A stretch of 64,000 nt of DNA from positions 62,001-126,000 of the forward strand of contig CBFFRQ010000062.1 of NCBI GenBank assembly GCA_965644315.1, read 5' to 3'. Both the position numbers and the translations under genes were made by a program. The stretch is from Caecitellus pseudoparvulus. Lineage: Eukaryota; Protista; Bigyra: Bicosoecida. How positions within the stretch are numbered: position 1 is the first letter of the stretch; every line of letters begins with the position of its first letter. The notes below the pieces were generated by a model that did not search any database, had not been told where the DNA came from, and worked only from the letters and a program-made list of their open reading frames with translations. Below, one piece after another: positions 32,501 to 44,100 of this stretch.

Positions 32501-35500
32501 CCTGGCCGCCACACGCAGCAACAAAGCTGCCACACAAGTGGGATTCCCTCTTGCCGTCTGCAGGGTGCCGATGCCAGCCTGGTTCCGGACCACCGCGAGC
32601 ACTCCAGCCGCCTCGCCCGGGTCGTGGAAGGGCAGCACCTGGGCGAGCCCCTGCAGAGCCAGGCACCTGGTGTGCCCATCCGCGTCTGTCACGAGGGCCA
32701 GGAGGGCCAGCAGCGCGTGCTTGCACCGCACCAGGCGCCGCGTGAGGGGGTCCACGTCCCCCACCAAGACACCACCGCCATGCCGGGCACTGGGCACGGC
32801 AGCATCTGCCAGGAGGCTGCTGAGGCTGGCCAGCGTGGACTGCGCACCTGCGACGAAGGCAGAGGCATGCACAGGGCTGGGCCCGCTAACGCTGCCCACC
32901 AACTCCTCAGCACCCTCCGGAGCGGGCGAGGGCATGTCCTCGAAGACGAGGCTGGCCAGGGCGCCCCAGGAGCCGGAGGGGCAGGTGGCTGGCACGGGCA
33001 GCGCGCCGGCGGCCGGCTGGTCCAGGTGCCCCAGGTGGCGCCAAGCCAAGGCGGCCCTTGCTATGCGGCGCAGCATGTCCCCCAGCAGCTGCTGCTCTGC
33101 GTCTGCAGCTGCGGAAAAGGGCGTGGTGTCGCCCGCCAGGCGCAAGCCGCCGCGCAGCTCTGTGCTGGCGACGTGCACCGTCCACAGCAGGCGCCAGGCG
33201 CTGCCCAGGCTGGCCTGCACAGCCCCCGCACAGGCACCCACGCTAGGGAGCAGGGCACTGGCCAAGGAGCCCCAGCCACTGGACGAGACGAGGGCGGCGC
33301 CTTCGAGCACCTTGGCCGCCTCAACAGGCAACAGCACCCCGGGCGTGCCCAGCAGCTCAGTGTATGCCAGCAGGGCCGTCTCGGCATCCAGCCACGGCAA
33401 GGCGTGGGGGCGCAGACTGCCGTGCAGGACATGGGCCACTGCGGCATGGGGGGAAGCCAGGGGTTGCCCCGCCACAGCGCTGGCTGCACGCACGACGGCC
33501 GAGGGTGGCGGCACCAGGCGCTCCTGGGCACCCCGGGCAGTGTACTGCAGTACTTGCAGGGGGCACAGCTGCCCCGCTGCCACTGCGGCACGCAAGAGGG
33601 CAGGCGGGTGAGCATGCCACGCACCCTCCCCGCCGCCTGCAACCTGTGTCCAGGGGGCTAGGCAGGCAGGGGAGGGGGCAGGATCCGCGGCAGGCGCGAG
33701 GGACTGCAGTAGCCCGCCCTCCTCCAGCACCTCCATGTCCAGGGGGGAGGCGGGATCCCAGTGCACCAGCCATGGCAGCAGCGCCGCCCTGACGAGCGGC
33801 AGCGGAGCCCGTGTATCCGCAGCCTTGACCAGCACACTGCCCAAGTGTGCGAACAGGCCCTGCACGGCGGCCGCCAGGGCCTCTCGCAGCGCACCGTCCA
33901 CAGCGGCCACGTTGGTCAGCGGGTGGTGCCGGGTGCCAAAGGCGGCCACCAAGGCCGGCGGCAGCGCAGGTAGTGCGCGCAGACCGCCTGGCGCGGCGTG
34001 ACTGACGCTCCAAGTGGCACACTGGTGGTGTTGGTCATCAGACTCCACCAAGGCGCCCCCTCCCTCCGCCTCCTGCCCGTGCACCGTCTGTTGCAGGCTC
34101 TTGTCAGCGGCGGGCCCAGGGCCGTACGCACTCCCAGAGGTGAGTGTCGCCCCCAGCGGCCACATGTCGCCCTGCCCGCCGCCCCACGCGCCGCCCGGCA
34201 GCGCCAAAGCGTCGGCAGCTGCAGGCAGGGACGAGGCGGGCAACATGTCGCCTTCCTCCTCGTCGTCGCTGCCGATGGCCACGTCGCCGTCGCCGTCCTC
34301 GTCACTGCTCGCCTGTCCCACCCTGCCCAGGCGCCCACTGGCCGCGGCAGCCGCCAAGCCCGACACTGCCGCCACACTGCGCCCAGTGGTGGCTTCGATG
34401 CCGGCAGCCAACTGCGCCTCACGCACCCCTCGCAGCGCCGACCGCAGGTCCCCCAGCAAGATGCACCGCAGCCAGTCCCGCACAGCTTCACCGTGCTGCG
34501 CAGCTGTTCGGCGAGGGCTGCCAGCCCTGACTGGGACCAGCTGCCGCAAGGCCACTGCAGGTGGCGCATCCTCGCCAGCTGCCGTGAGCGCAGCGGCCAC
34601 CGACGCGCCGGCCTCCTGCGCGGTGTCTAGCAAGGTGCCCAGAGCACGCAGGCCGAAGATGCGCTGCTGGGCTCGGCAGCGCTGCGCCACGAGCACGCCA
34701 GCCAACACCTCGGGGGGGGCGGCCCACCCCTCCAAAGCGTACATGGAGACAGCCCGCAGGGACACAGCCAGCGGGTTGAACTTGTGCTTGGTGGAGTGGG
34801 CGTCGGGGTGTGCCGGGGGCAGGATGGCGCCTGTCCGGGCAGCCTGCTCCAGGCTCTTGTGGGCCCAGGGGAAGGAGTGGGGCAGGGGCAGGGTGGCGGG
34901 TGGCGCGAGGCACGCTCCCGCCGCCGCCTCGGAGGCAGCCGACACCGCCTGCACGGTGCTGGCGGCCATGGCGGGCTGGAGCTGGGCAGCCACCCACACA
35001 GGGGCAAAGGCCACTCCCACCGCCGCCTCCCCCCCCGGTGCCCCCTTCGTCGACACGCCCAGCTGAGCGCGAGGCAGCAAGTCGCTGACTGCGTCTGCCG
35101 ACGCCACAGAGCCGGCCGCCGCCAGCTCTTCGATGCTGTCCCCCGCCGCACTGTCGTGGTGTGGCGTGGAGAAGCCAGGGGGGGGTGTCATGTGAGGGGA
35201 GGCGTACGCGGTGGAAGGGGGCGCGCGCCAGTGCAGCGCCTTGGCCTGCTCCGCCTCCACGGGGGACAAACAGTCCCCCGCCACGCAGGTGTACACGAAC
35301 CCGCCAGCCAGGAATCCCAGGCGGCGGATGACGCCGTCGTACAGGTCTTGGAAGCCGCCGGGCGCACGCACCTCCAGCTCACGGGGACCCCGCGTGCCAC
35401 GCCGTTCGCGGCCGGGTCTCGGCGCCAAGCCACTGGGCCGGCGTGTGAGACTCGGCGGCGCGGCGCTGGGCGCAGCGGCCCCGCCCCCCCCCGCCGCCGC

Positions 35501-37625
35501 CCCAGCTGCCGCCTTGCTGGCGCCAGGGGACACGGGTGGCGCGTCGCCGGTGGGGTGTGGCTCAGCAGAGGCAAAGCCGGTGGCCATGTCCCCCAGCAGG
35601 CGCCGGAAGGCGACCACGCTGTCCCACACCTCCAGCATACGCTCCGAGGGCCGCGGTGTGGACTCCCCCTCCACAGCTTGCTTCGCTTCCAGCCACAGGG
35701 GCAACTCCTCTTCACCCTTGCTTTCACTGTGAGGTGTGTCGGGCGCCTGGTGCCAGGCACTGGCCAGCAGGGATGACGCCAGCAGCAGCACCTCTGCGTG
35801 TTCGTAGCGGTCGTGTCCATGGCGGCGCTTGAGGGCGCCTTTGAGGGGCTTGGCGGCGCCCAGCCACCCACGCAGGGCCTTTCCGCGAGGCGTCGGGCAG
35901 TACGCCTCGGCTGCGGTGGCCACTTCGGTCAGGACCCCCCCGCCAGGCGCAGCAGCGAGGACGTCAGGCTGGGGTGCCGCCGCCCTCGCCGCAGCGACGA
36001 CACTGGGCGCCTCCCGTACACGGGAGTACGAGCGGCGGAAGGACGCCTGCCCACCCCGCCGGGGCACAGAGGTGTACTGGAACAAGGAACACACAAACTC
36101 CTTGGCTGGGTCGGGTTGCGGGGCTGCGACGCCCACCTCTGCTGCGCCCAACGCAGCACGAGCCATGTCCGCGGGACTGCTCTGGGCCACGGCAGTGGGC
36201 ACGTCCACGCCAGCCTTGAAAGCAGCTTGCAGGCCCTCTACGCTGCTTGCTATCGCCGTCTGCACTGTGCTGGCTTGCTCCTTGAAGGGTGGCAGGGCGG
36301 CGCCGGGGGCAGCTGCCTCGCCTACCGCCAGGGCAGGGGCAGCCACACCACCCGATAGGATGCCAAGGCCCACCCAGGGGGCCAGCTGAGCCTCCTCTTC
36401 GCTGACACGCACGCCGGCAACGCAGCCCCGCGCGCAGTGCCCAGCCAGCGACACTGCCGCAGCCGCCAGAGCAGCGAGGGGGTGTGCCACGCCAGCGAAT
36501 GCCGCCGCTGGGCCGCCTGAGGCGGTGGGGTCGTCGCTGGTGCGGGAGGAGGTGGAGGAAGTGGAGGAGGCCGTGTTCACCGCTGCGAAGCGCCAGGCGG
36601 TGGACACCAGGTGCTGCAGCGCCGCCTGGCCGGCGCCCCCCCGCAGCAGAAGGTGCAGGAGCGCAGAGACCAGCGCGCCAGCGAAGGGCGCCACAGCCCC
36701 GGCAAAGGCCGCATTGTGCGTCAGAGCTGCCATGGCGGGCAAGGCGGATGGCAGCAGCGACACCACGTGTGTGTCTTGCAAGGCGTCCAGGCTGTCGGCA
36801 TTGTTCGCAGCCGTGATTGCTTGTGCGGAGCGAGCCAGCAGTGTGAGGCTGTACCAAGTGGCAGCCACCCAGGGCGCCGAGTCAGGCTCCAGAGAAACAG
36901 CGCACATGGCATACATGTGCAGCTGTGACGCTTGGCCCGTGATAGCGCGCTCCAGGGGCTGTGTCAGGGTGCTGCCCAGGGAAGCGTGCACAATGTCTGA
37001 CACGCCAGTGGCAGCATATGTCTCCAGGCTTCCAACCACTTCCATGGTCACCCACGCCACCTGGCCCTGCACGTCGGCCTCGCCCAGGTCTTTCGTCAAG
37101 CCCAGCACACAAGCATGCAAGTGCACCTTGCCTCGACCCTGCACACAAGGATGCGGGGGCATGTGCACAGGTGGTGCCCAGGCGTTTCTGCAGCGTGCCA
37201 GCCTCGCACGCAAGAGCTTGCAACAACCCGCAGGCAAGACTGCAAACAAGGCTGACACACATGGGCGAGTCTTTACGCACCAGAAGGTAGAACAGCGCTT
37301 GCATGAGGCGGTACCGGGCCATGTACGGCGAGGTGGAGGGCGGCAAGCGCAGGGCTGCCATGGCGTGGTGTTGGAGGGTGCCGCCTGGTGCCCGTACTGA
37401 CGAGAGCCCAGCAGCCAGGCGCGCCTCCCCAGCTGCCACGTGCGCTGCCACGGCCTCCAGGCCCCGCGCGTCCAGGCACAGCTCGTCCGCTTGGAAAGCC
37501 AGGTGTGCCGTCGGCGCATGCAGGGCTCCCAGCAGTGCATCGTCATGGGACAGAGCCTTGACCAGCGTCGGCAGCTCCACCGGCACCGCCAGCAGGCGCT
37601 GCCGGGTGAGGCCAGCCATGATCAC
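26564..37625 (-). CDS. Giant HECT-type E3 ubiquitin ligase (>3,600 aa; 5' exons unresolved, may extend to ~37.9 kb)
   Basis: C-terminal HECT: FKVALAGEPGIDWGGIYRD, FVGILMGLSWRT, RFWRVFEGMTPRERSRLVRYAWGRSKLP, catalytic SHSCFFQLKVPQY. An upstream exon lies in ORF 36882-37625. Confidence 0.88.
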
Positions 37626-38161
37626 GGGAACTGTGGGCCACTGGTGCCAGCTGTGGCAGGGGAGTGGCTGTCTCGAGTCGGCTCAATTGTGGTGCCGCCT
37701 GGCTCGCTGCCCGGCACGCCTCCTGTGTGCGTGAGCCAGCCAGCCTCACCAGCTTGCAGCTCCCAGGCACGCCGCAGCAGTTCTGAGGGGGGGGGTCCAC
37801 GGCGCTGCAAAACAGCCTGGTTTAGCACCCCAGCACGTCTTCGTCTGCCGACACAATCCTTGGCTGCAGGTGCTCTGCCAAGCTACTTGTTGACGGAGTT
37901 GGTTCGTGCCCGAGCATCGCAAGTTGCCGACAGGTGCACTGCACCGCCCCAACACCCTCAGTGCGAGCAGGACCTCCTCGGCCCCCCAGCCCGAGGCCCC
38001 TGCCCTTGGTGTGCAGCAGACACTACAGGCCTTACCTGGCGGTGCCCTGCAGTGCGCAACGGCACACGCGGGAGCTCCCCACCGACCTTGGCCTTTCGTC
38101 GGCTGGCCAACCTGCACTGCCGACGCCGGCGCTTCACTGCACCAACACCGACTAAAGCGGC

Positions 38162-41100
38162 ATGAAGTTTGTGGAGGCGCTGGCATCGTACCTGCCTAGT
38201 TTGATTGTGCATCACTTGAAGGACCATGACACGACCAAGACGCCGCCGACACGGCAAACGTGAGTTGCCCGCTGCTTCCCTTTCGGCGTGGTTGAGCGGC
38301 AGTGCCCGCAGCAACACCCTGCCTGCGGCGACGTGCGCACCAGGCCCTGGCAGGGCAGCCAGGCGACCAGAGGCCCTGGACTTTTCCGCACTGCGCGTGG
38401 GGTGGTGCCAGCAGGTGCCTCCTGCCGGCACCACCCCGCTGGCCTCGCTTGTTGCGGAACCCCCAGCGTTTCGCAGTGGCACGCCAACACCTTGCACCCC
38501 CCACAAGCGAGCCTTAACGGAGCCCCTCCCCCGCGCCCCCACGTTGCACAGATACGATACAGTCGTAATGTTCGCGGATGTGAGTGGCTTCACAGCCTTG
38601 TCGGAGGCCATGGCCAAGTACGGGCCGGAGGGCGCCGAGTACCTGGCCAAGCATTTGAATGCGTACTTCGGCCAGATGGTGAAAGCCATCGCCAGCGAGG
38701 GTGGGGACATTTTCAAGTTTGCAGGCGACGCCATGATCGTCTTGTGGCCAGATCTGGGCACCATGGAAGCCCGCGCGCGCCGGGCTGCCCAATGTGCCCT
38801 GGCCATCCAGGAAGCTCTGCACGCTGCCGAGCTGAGCGAAGGCGTCACCCTCAGCGTCAAGATCGGCATCGGCCTGGGCAGGGTGTCCGTGCTGCATCTT
38901 GGCGGTGTGCTGGACCGCATGGAGTACGTCGCTGTGGGCGACCCCCTCGTGCAGGCCTTCAACGCGGAGGGGCACGCAGAGGCTGGCGGCGACGCCATCG
39001 TGTCCCCCGCCGTGTGGAAGGTCATCGAGCCCTTCGTGAACGCGCTGGAGGTGTTCCCAGACGGCTTTGCTAAGCTGACGTGCGAGGGCAAGGGCATCGC
39101 GCCGGCTGCCTCGGGCGGCGAGGGCCCCATCAAGCAGCGCGCCAAGCGTGTGAACAAGACCCGCGCCATGAAGGACCTGGGCCTGGACAACCTGGAGGGC
39201 ATCCCCGGCCTGGAGAAGCTGCTCAAGTGCTACGTGCCGGGCGCCATCCTGCCCTGGGTGTCACCGGAGTCCGCCGACCTGGAGTCGTGGGGAGGTGACC
39301 TCCGCAACGCCACTGTCATGTTCGTGAACTTGGGCCTGAAGGAGCACGACCTGCTGGCGGCAGCCCACTACGAGGATGCCCTCGGGCGGGCGCACAAAGT
39401 GCTGGTGGAGGTGCAGACCGCCGTGAACCAGTACGAAGGCGCCGTGAACAAGTTCCTCATGGACGACAAGGGCAGCACGCTCATCGCGGTGTGGGGCCTG
39501 CCGCCGCTGTCCCACGAGGATGACCCCACGCGGGGAGTGCTCTGCGGACTGGCCATCTGCAGCCGCCTGTGGGACATGGGCCTGGTAGCTTCCTGTGGCA
39601 TCACCACCGGCGTCGTGTTCTGTGGCGTCGTGGGCAGCACCACCCGCAAGGAGTACTCCGTGCTGGGGGACACCGTGAACCTGTCAGCCCGCCTCATGCA
39701 GCGGGCGTGCAAGAGTGGCGGCGGCGTCATCTGTGACCTGGCAGTGCGCTCCCTGGCCCAGCAGGGCCTGGAGTTCAAGGACGAGGGGGAGATCAAGGTG
39801 AAAGGCAAGAGCAAGCTCATCAACATCTTCAAGCCCTACCCCAAGGACTGCCTGTCATCCATGCCCCCCACCAACCCGCCCGGATCCGAACCCAGGGTGT
39901 ACCACAACGCCTACCAGACCCAGGTGACCAGCTACCACAGCTACGCCACCCTGCGCCCGCACTTCGTAAACCCCATCCGGTCCCAGAGCACGCCAGGGGA
40001 GGGTGGCCAGGCGGCTCCAGCACCTGCGCCCACCTCCCCTGTGGCCGGGGCCAGCCGTCGCGCCACGAAGCTCATGGGTGCCCTGGGCGGGGGAGGCGGA
40101 GCCCAGGCCACCGTGGACATCGCTGGTGGCTTGAAGCCGGGTCCCCTGGACCCCGACGCGGTGCCACGCGTCGCCCCCACCGCCTTGAACCCCAATCGCA
40201 CGACAGTGCTGCTGAAGAAGCCAGCCGCAGCGTACACCTCTGCCTCCACCGTCACCATCGAGGCCCTGAAGATCCACGTGCCTGTGAGCCTGGCCCGGGA
40301 CAGCTGGCTGCTGGAGGACACCGACTACGCCACGCTGGCCACGGAGACCGTGTCCCTGGATGTGTCGGCAGGGGGCTACAAGACCCTGCGGGAGCTGCGT
40401 GATGCGGCTGTGGCGGCGGCACAGGCACAGGGCCTCGTCCCGGCCGGCGCCGACGCCAACGAGCTGCGGCTGCAGGTGGACAACACCGCTGCCATCATTC
40501 CTGCGAGCGACCTGCCCATGCTGTGGGCCGGCGTCTTCATCGCAGAGATGGCCACGATGGACCCCACGAAGTTCGACGGTACGCTGGCCGTCGTGCTGGT
40601 CAAGGGCCGGGACGAGGCCGTCCTCATGCCCCGGCACTACGCCGCGCGGCAGGCCATGGTGGAGGGCAAGATCCGCCTGCTGGCTGAGGGGCAAGGCGGC
40701 TGCGTGTTGCTGGAGGGCGCCATGGGCACCGGCAAGACCTGGCTCCTGCGGCAGTTCGTGGGGCAGGTCATGCCGGAGCGCACGACGATGTTCTGCGCGA
40801 ATGGCTCGCCCTTCGCCAGGTCCACGCCCTTCGCGGTGTGGGGCGCCCTCCTGCGACAGTACGTGGACCTGTACGGCGCCAGCCACTCCATCACCTCCCG
40901 GACGGCGGTGGCGCAGGACTTGCTCAAGGGCCAGGTGCCGGACCAGCGCCTGCTGCCCCTGGCCAGCCTGCTGAACCCCATCCTGTCCGTGAACCTGCCC
41001 GACAGCCCTGCCTTGGACAAGCTGACGCCGGGGCAGAAGGAACGCGCCACGTCGGCCCTCCTCATGGCCCTGGTGCGCAGCATGGTGGCAGGGGGCGTCC

Positions 41101-44100
41101 CCGCCACCCTGGTCATTGACGACGCCATGTACATGCACGCCGCTTCATGGGACCTGGCCCTGCAGCTGGCAGCTGCCTGCTGCGCTCCAGCCGGCTCCAC
41201 CGACAGCCTGCCCCTGCTCCTGGTCCTGTCCTCGCGCATGCCCAAGCCGTACGAGGACTCCCTCATGACGGCGGCGCCCAAGAGCTACATGGCGCTGCTG
41301 GAGGCGCCGTTCGTCACCGCTGTGCGCATCTCCCGCCTGCCCCGCCTGCACGCCCGGGCGCTGGTGCAGGCCACCATGCAGTGGCACGGCAGCGTGTCAG
41401 AGGAGGTGCACCTGCTGGTGGAGGCGCGGGCTCAAGGCAACCCGCTCATGGTGCAGGAAGTCCTCCTGTCGCTCCTGAACAAGGGCAGGCTGGTCGTGGC
41501 GCCTGACTCGGAGGAGCGCTTCATCGTGCAGCGGCGGGTGCTGGGCACAGCCCTGGTTCCCTTCTACGGCCTGGACTTCAGCGGGGGAGGTGGCCCGCGG
41601 CCGGCTGGCTCCCGCCGCTCCTCCTTCCACGGCCAGCTCACGAGCAGCAAGGCTGGGCAGGCCAAGTTCGGCCTGGGCGGCAAGCTGGAGCTGGTGGCCG
41701 GCCTGGCCACGCCCGTGCCTTTCTGCCACAAAGTCAACTCTAACTTGAGCATGCAGGTGGACCGCCTGCCCACCATGGAGCAGATGGTGCTGAAGGTGGG
41801 CGCCATCATCGCCGGCGTCCGGCAGCGGGAGGAGCTGGCGAAGCTCGCCAGTGAGGGCGCCGGCCGCTCCGCCAGCACTGCCTCCGCCGTGGCCAAGCGC
41901 CTCTTCGAGCACCGTTTCAAGTTCTCTGTCCTCTTCGAGGTGTTCCCTCTGAAAGACCCGGGTGTGAAGGACGCCCTGGGCGGCCTCTGCCAGAGCCTCG
42001 TGGAGCGCGGCTTCATCGTCAAGTCCCTCACCGCTGCAGCGGGCGCTGGGGAGGGCAAGGCCTCCGCCATGGTCAGCCTGAAGGGTGACGCAGCCCCGAC
42101 GGCGGCTGCCGCTGGCGCAGGCGAAGAGGCGGGCGCCATCAGCTCCAAGGAGCCCATGTTCGAGTTCACGCACTCGTTCGTGTCGGACACGGTGCGCCTG
42201 CGCGTGCTGGCGGAGCAGCGCAAGCAGCTGGAGAAGGGCATCCAGGAGTCCTTCCGCCGCAACGCCGAGTTCCTGCGCCGGGTGTACGTGACCCGGGTCA
42301 TGGAGAGCGGCGGCGGCGGCAGCAAGCCCAACAAGTCTGGCTGGCTGACGGTGCGCAAGAACGTGCCCAGCACCAACCGCCGCACTGGTGTCTTCGGCTT
42401 TGGCGGCGTGAAGAAGGACTGGAAGCGGCGGTGGGTGTGCATCACGGGAGACAGCCTGCAGATGTTCAAGGAGGAGGACGGACTGAAGCATGGCCACACG
42501 CCAGTGCAAATCATCCCTGTGGCCGCCTCCACAGCCACCATGCTGCCCCCCAGCCAGGACCTGGAGTACCAGAACGTCTTCCGCGTGGACTCCTCCCACT
42601 ACACCAAGAAGGGCGTGCATGTGGATGAAAGCCGCTCCTTCTACATGGCTGCAGAGGACGCTAGCACGGCGGATGACTGGGTGTTCTGGATCTCCTTCAT
42701 GGCGGACAAAGCAGGGGGCGAGGGCGGCATGCAGGCGGGAGGTGGTGGCGGCGGCGAGGAAGCCACCTCGGCAGCAGCCCGCCTCATTACCAGCAGCTCC
42801 GTGCACAGCCTGGCGTCGGCGGGCCCCGAGGTGTTCCCGCGGACGCGCCTGGTGGTGACGGTGGAGGGGGCGCAAGACCTGCCCCCCGCCAAGCAGACGG
42901 GGCACACCTCCCCCTACGTCACCCTGGCAGTGGGCACCGTCGAAAAGAGCACAGCTCCCGTCATGTTGGACCGGTGTCCCTCCTGGGCCGACACGCTGGC
43001 CCTGCCGGTGGCGCCCACCGCCACCGCGGAGGGCGTCCTACGGGTGCACGTGTGGGACAAGGACAAGTACGGCGCCGACAGCCTCATTGGTGTCGCGGAA
43101 GTGCCGCTCATCTCCCTGCCCCTGTCTGAGCCACCGCCCCGCCCGGCCCTGGATGAGCTCCTGGCTGCCCGTGCCGCTGAAGGCATCCCGGAGGCGGAGG
43201 AGGAAGAGGAGGTCCTGGATGACTTCGACGACGAGGAGGAGGAGGAGGAGCACGAAGCGTACCTGGAGGCAGCTCGGGCCGAGACAGAGGCGCAGGCGGA
43301 GGTGGAGACGACGTCCCTGGCCATCGTCGCGCCTGGCGTGCTGCTGGGCGCCACCACCCGCGCCATCCAGGCTGCAGGGGGCAACTGGAAGGCGCCCCTG
43401 GACTACACTGCCATCATGCAGGAGGCCCGGGAAGTGGACGTCAACCGTGGGGCCATCACCCTGCGCCTGCGCCTGGTGGCTGAGCACGGGGACACCGCGG
43501 CCATCCAGGCAGCCCGCACCGCCTTCACAGAAGCTGCGGGCACAGAGGACGACACCGACGCGACGCATCAATCCCTCGCGGCACGCGCGCTGTTCCTGCT
43601 GGGGCGGGCAGACCTCTCGTGGCTGTCGAGCCTGGAGGCCGGTGCGGCATCTGGAGCAGCCTCCGCTGCTGCAGGTGCTGGCTTGGTGGACATGTCAGGG
43701 GAGGGGCCCGCCGATACCGCCACGCTACTGGACCGCTTGCAGAGCCTGTCCGACATGCTGACCGGCATGGAGGAGACGGGTGCCGCCACTCTCACGAAGG
43801 ACGCCCTGGCCAACCTCCGGCGCGGGTTGGGCCAGAGCATGGCCACTCTGCAGCACATCTCAGCTGGGGGACTGGGTGGCGCAGGCGCAGACACTGCCGC
43901 AGCCATGGCCATCGCCGAAGGCGTGGGAGGCAGCAGCGCAGCAGGCGCCCAGAGCTTCTTGACGATGGTGTCGTTGCTTGACCTGGACGAGACCAACCGA
44001 GAGTGGCTGGCGAGCCAGTACTCCAAGGCCGGCGAGAGCGAGGGACGCCCCGCAGGCAGGTCCAGTGGCTCCCGCAAGCCCAAAGCAGCCCGCCAAAGCC

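Noticed and set aside
29409-33611. 1400-aa plus-strand ORF and other long antisense ORFs (26372-28438, 15872-17737, 44154-46241)
   Set aside because: These are shadow ORFs of GC-rich coding sequence on the opposite strand, with no recognisable motifs.
38226-38551. ORF-track N-terminus MTRPRRRRHG... of the cyclase
   Set aside because: Mostly read-through of intron 38260-38551; the real exon 1 starts at 38162 in another frame and carries the sAC-like LASYLP motif.
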